Below, piece by piece: positions 17,969 through 20,000 of a DNA stretch of 20,000 nucleotides. The notes below the pieces were generated by a model. The model had not been told where the DNA came from. It ran no database searches and worked only from the letters and a program-made list of their open reading frames with translations. Source of the stretch: Brevibacterium luteolum (GTDB lineage: Bacteria > Actinomycetota > Actinomycetes > Actinomycetales > Brevibacteriaceae); contig NZ_JABEMC010000010.1 of assembly GCF_013004595.1 (NCBI RefSeq), positions 58,677 through 78,676 on the forward strand. The letters are read 5' to 3'. Made by a program: the position numbers and the translations under genes. Position 1 is the stretch's first letter; each line of letters opens with the position of its first letter.

Positions 17969-18091
17969 GCGGCCACGTCCACAGTCCACGGGGCGAACAC
18001 ATGCTTGCCAACGCGCAGCCGGTCTGCGCTGAATGGAGAAACAGCGGCAGCGTTCCATTCCGCCAGGGGTCCGTCAAGCAAAGGTGCATCA

Positions 18092-18301
18092 ATGATTCTC
18101 GCCGCAGTCGCCATTCTCGGCTTTCCGTGCGTCGGCCTGTACTTCGTCATCGGGCGGCTCATCTGCCCGGCGCGCGACCGCCTGCCGTTTCGCAGCATGG
18201 ACTCGACCGCGATCGCGCAGACCATCTCCCGCGGCTGGAACGCGCTGCCAGGCGGACCCGCCTCGGCCGCGGACTTCACACCTGTTCTGCCGGGTCGCTG
18301 A
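18092..18301 (+). CDS. Possible small membrane protein (69 aa)
   Basis: AAAGGTG precedes ATG 18092. The N-terminus is hydrophobic (MILAAVAILGFPCVGLYFVIG) and codon third positions are GC-rich. Confidence 0.5.
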   Translation: MILAAVAILGFPCVGLYFVIGRLICPARDRLPFRSMDSTAIAQTISRGWNALPGGPASAADFTPVLPGR

Positions 18302-18332
18302 GCGCTGGGCGCACAGCCGCGCTGCGGCCCGG

Positions 18333-18383
18333 CCGGTGTGCGCAGTAGCCTGACCGGTGTGCGCAGTAGCCTGACCGGTGTGC
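18333..18383. repeat. 21-bp intergenic tandem repeat, about 2.4 copies
   Basis: CCGGTGTGCGCAGTAGCCTGA at 18333 and 18354, plus a partial CCGGTGTGC at 18375. Confidence 0.85.
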
Positions 18384-18405
18384 ACGGCCCGGCCGGGCTG
18401 CTGCA

Positions 18406-18454
18406 TGACAGAACCGGCCGGTCGAGCAGCAGCTCGGCCGGCCGGCACATGTCA
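18406..18454. terminator. Long GC-rich hairpin between convergent genes
   Basis: CCGGCCGGTCGAGC-agca-GCTCGGCCGGCCGG (18414-18445), extended by TGACA/TGTCA. Confidence 0.6.
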
Positions 18455-18463
18455 GCGCAGATG

Positions 18464-20000
18464 TCAGCCGCGACGGCGGCGCGTGATGAACACCGCAGCT
18501 CCGCCGACGGTCAGCAGCAGTCCGCCGACCGCTGCCGCTGTGAGCTCAGCACCGGTGCGCGGCAGCTGCGAGGAACCGGAACCGCCGCCCTTCTTGTGCG
18601 AGCCTCCGGCATTCGAATCCCTGCCCTCATCCGCTTCACTGTCGGAACCGCCGTCGTCATCGGCGACCACCGTGAACGTGGTGCTGAGCTTGGGATCGGC
18701 CAGCGTGACCGTGTAGTCGCCGAGGTAGTTCTTCGACTGTGCCTTCAACAGACCGTAGATGCGGTATGCGGCCACACCATCGGCATCGGCCTTCTCTGTC
18801 AGGGTGACGCCCTTGACATCGGTCCCGCCGTTGACCTCAATGGTGTACTTCGCGCCTGGGGTCAGCCCGGTGACCGTCACCAGCGCACCCTTCTCCTGGT
18901 TGAGGAAGTCGGAGAGCTTGACGGTCTTCGGCTCGACTGAGATGGCCGGCTTCTCCACCGGGTCGCTGTCTGCCGCCAGCACTTCGAAGGGAAGCCTGCC
19001 GACCTCGGCACCGTTGTGGGAGAGCACGAGTGAGTGCGCACCCGGGGTCGCGTCAGCTGGCACGGTCGCGGTGATCGCGCCATCGGCGACGGTGAAGTCT
19101 CCGATCTTCACCGGAGCCGAGTGCAGCTCGAGTCCGACCTTCTCGCCTTCGAGCACTTCCAGACCGCTGATGACGATCGAGTCGCCAGGCTTGGCGGCCT
19201 TCTTGTCGAGGACGGGCTTGAGGGTCGTGTCGGTCGGCTCCTCGGTGGGCTTGGGCTCTTCGGTCGGCTTGGGCTCCTCGGTCGGCTTAGGCTCCTCGGT
19301 CGGCTTAGGCTCCTCGGTCGGCTTAGGCTCCTCGGTCGGCTTAGGCTCCTCGGTCGGCTTAGGCTCCTCGGTCGGCTTAGGCTCCTCGGTGGGCTTAGGC
19401 TCCTCGGTGGGCTTGGGCTCCTCGGTGGGCTTGGGCTCTTCGGTGGGCTTCGGCTCTTCGGGGAACAGCTCCTTCTTCTGCGCGTCGGTCAAGGTGATCG
19501 GCTCACGATAGATGAGCGCCTCACCTGTCGGAAGCCCGTGGCCCGACCAGACGAGGACGTCGTAGTTCTTGGCCTTGTCGAGCTTCGCAGCCGCCGCGGT
19601 CACCGAGGCGGCAAGCTTGCCGCCGGTGAGCGCTTCCTTCTTGACGAAGGCCGATGCGACTGGGTTCGCGGGAGTCACCTTGTCATTGGAAATCGACCGG
19701 TCGATGATCGCGGCGTAGACGCCGGCAGCAGTGCCACCGTGGCTGGTCTTGGGCAGGGTGTCGTAACCGCTGCCGGTGATGTCGACCTGCAGACCGTCCG
19801 CTGCCGAGGCCTTGCCCACGGTGAACTTCGTGGTGCGCGGAGTCTCCGTCTCCGCAGCAGAGTACGCGACCTTGATCTCGGTGGCGGGTTTGCGTGCGTC
19901 GGCTGCGCCTCCGGAGGTGAACCAGTACTGGGCCTGTCCGGTCTTGACGTTGAAATCGACCCAGCTCTTGGGGAACGACCCCGAACCCTGTCCGGTCTTC
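18464..20000 (-). CDS. Sortase-anchored (LPxTG) surface protein, possibly HtaA-domain-associated; 5' end outside window
   Basis: The frame stays open from 19999 (KTGQGSGSFPKSWVDFNVKTGQAQYWFTSGGAADARKP...) to the stop at 18464. It ends with LPRTG, a hydrophobic helix and an RRRRG tail, and contains a Pro/Glu linker. Confidence 0.85.
   Translation of the reverse strand, partial: KTGQGSGSFPKSWVDFNVKTGQAQYWFTSGGAADARKPATEIKVAYSAAETETPRTTKFTVGKASAADGLQVDITGSGYDTLPKTSHGGTAAGVYAAIIDRSISNDKVTPANPVASAFVKKEALTGGKLAASVTAAAAKLDKAKNYDVLVWSGHGLPTGEALIYREPITLTDAQKKELFPEEPKPTEEPKPTEEPKPTEEPKPTEEPKPTEEPKPTEEPKPTEEPKPTEEPKPTEEPKPTEEPKPTEEPKPTEEPTDTTLKPVLDKKAAKPGDSIVISGLEVLEGEKVGLELHSAPVKIGDFTVADGAITATVPADATPGAHSLVLSHNGAEVGRLPFEVLAADSDPVEKPAISVEPKTVKLSDFLNQEKGALVTVTGLTPGAKYTIEVNGGTDVKGVTLTEKADADGVAAYRIYGLLKAQSKNYLGDYTVTLADPKLSTTFTVVADDDGGSDSEADEGRDSNAGGSHKKGGGSGSSQLPRTGAELTAAAVGGLLLTVGGAAVFITRRRRG
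19236..19461 (-). repeat. 18-bp coding tandem repeat, 12 full units (KPTEEP)
   Basis: Units such as GGCTCCTCGGTCGGCTTA on the + strand. Six consecutive units are identical (19272-19379). Confidence 0.95.

Noticed and set aside
19236..19461. CRISPR-like periodic repeat
   Set aside because: It is an in-frame 18-bp coding repeat with no unique spacers.

Overview
High-GC actinobacterial-type chromosomal window. Left part: the probable 3' end of selD, then recQ, then a minus-strand formate dehydrogenase operon (fdnG-fdnH-nrfD). The ORF track splits the large subunit at an in-frame TGA (7226-7228). That TGA sits at the Mo-ligand position and is followed by a SECIS-type hairpin, so it is best read as one 1119-aa selenoprotein. 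Middle (about 7850-13400): a visibly more AT-rich accessory/defence region with two unknown proteins, a NudG/MutT2-like Nudix hydrolase, vsr, a NaeI-family restriction endonuclease and a convergent C5-cytosine methyltransferase. Its right edge has 23-bp-period direct repeats ending in ACA (transposon-end-like) and two tandem perfect palindromes. Right part: a ThDP-dependent AceE/transketolase-like gene directly downstream of a true ACC deaminase (acdS), a divergent GntR/FCD regulator, a possible small membrane protein, and the 3' part of an LPxTG surface protein with a 12-copy 18-bp repeat. All family assignments come from motif recognition by eye; no searches were run.
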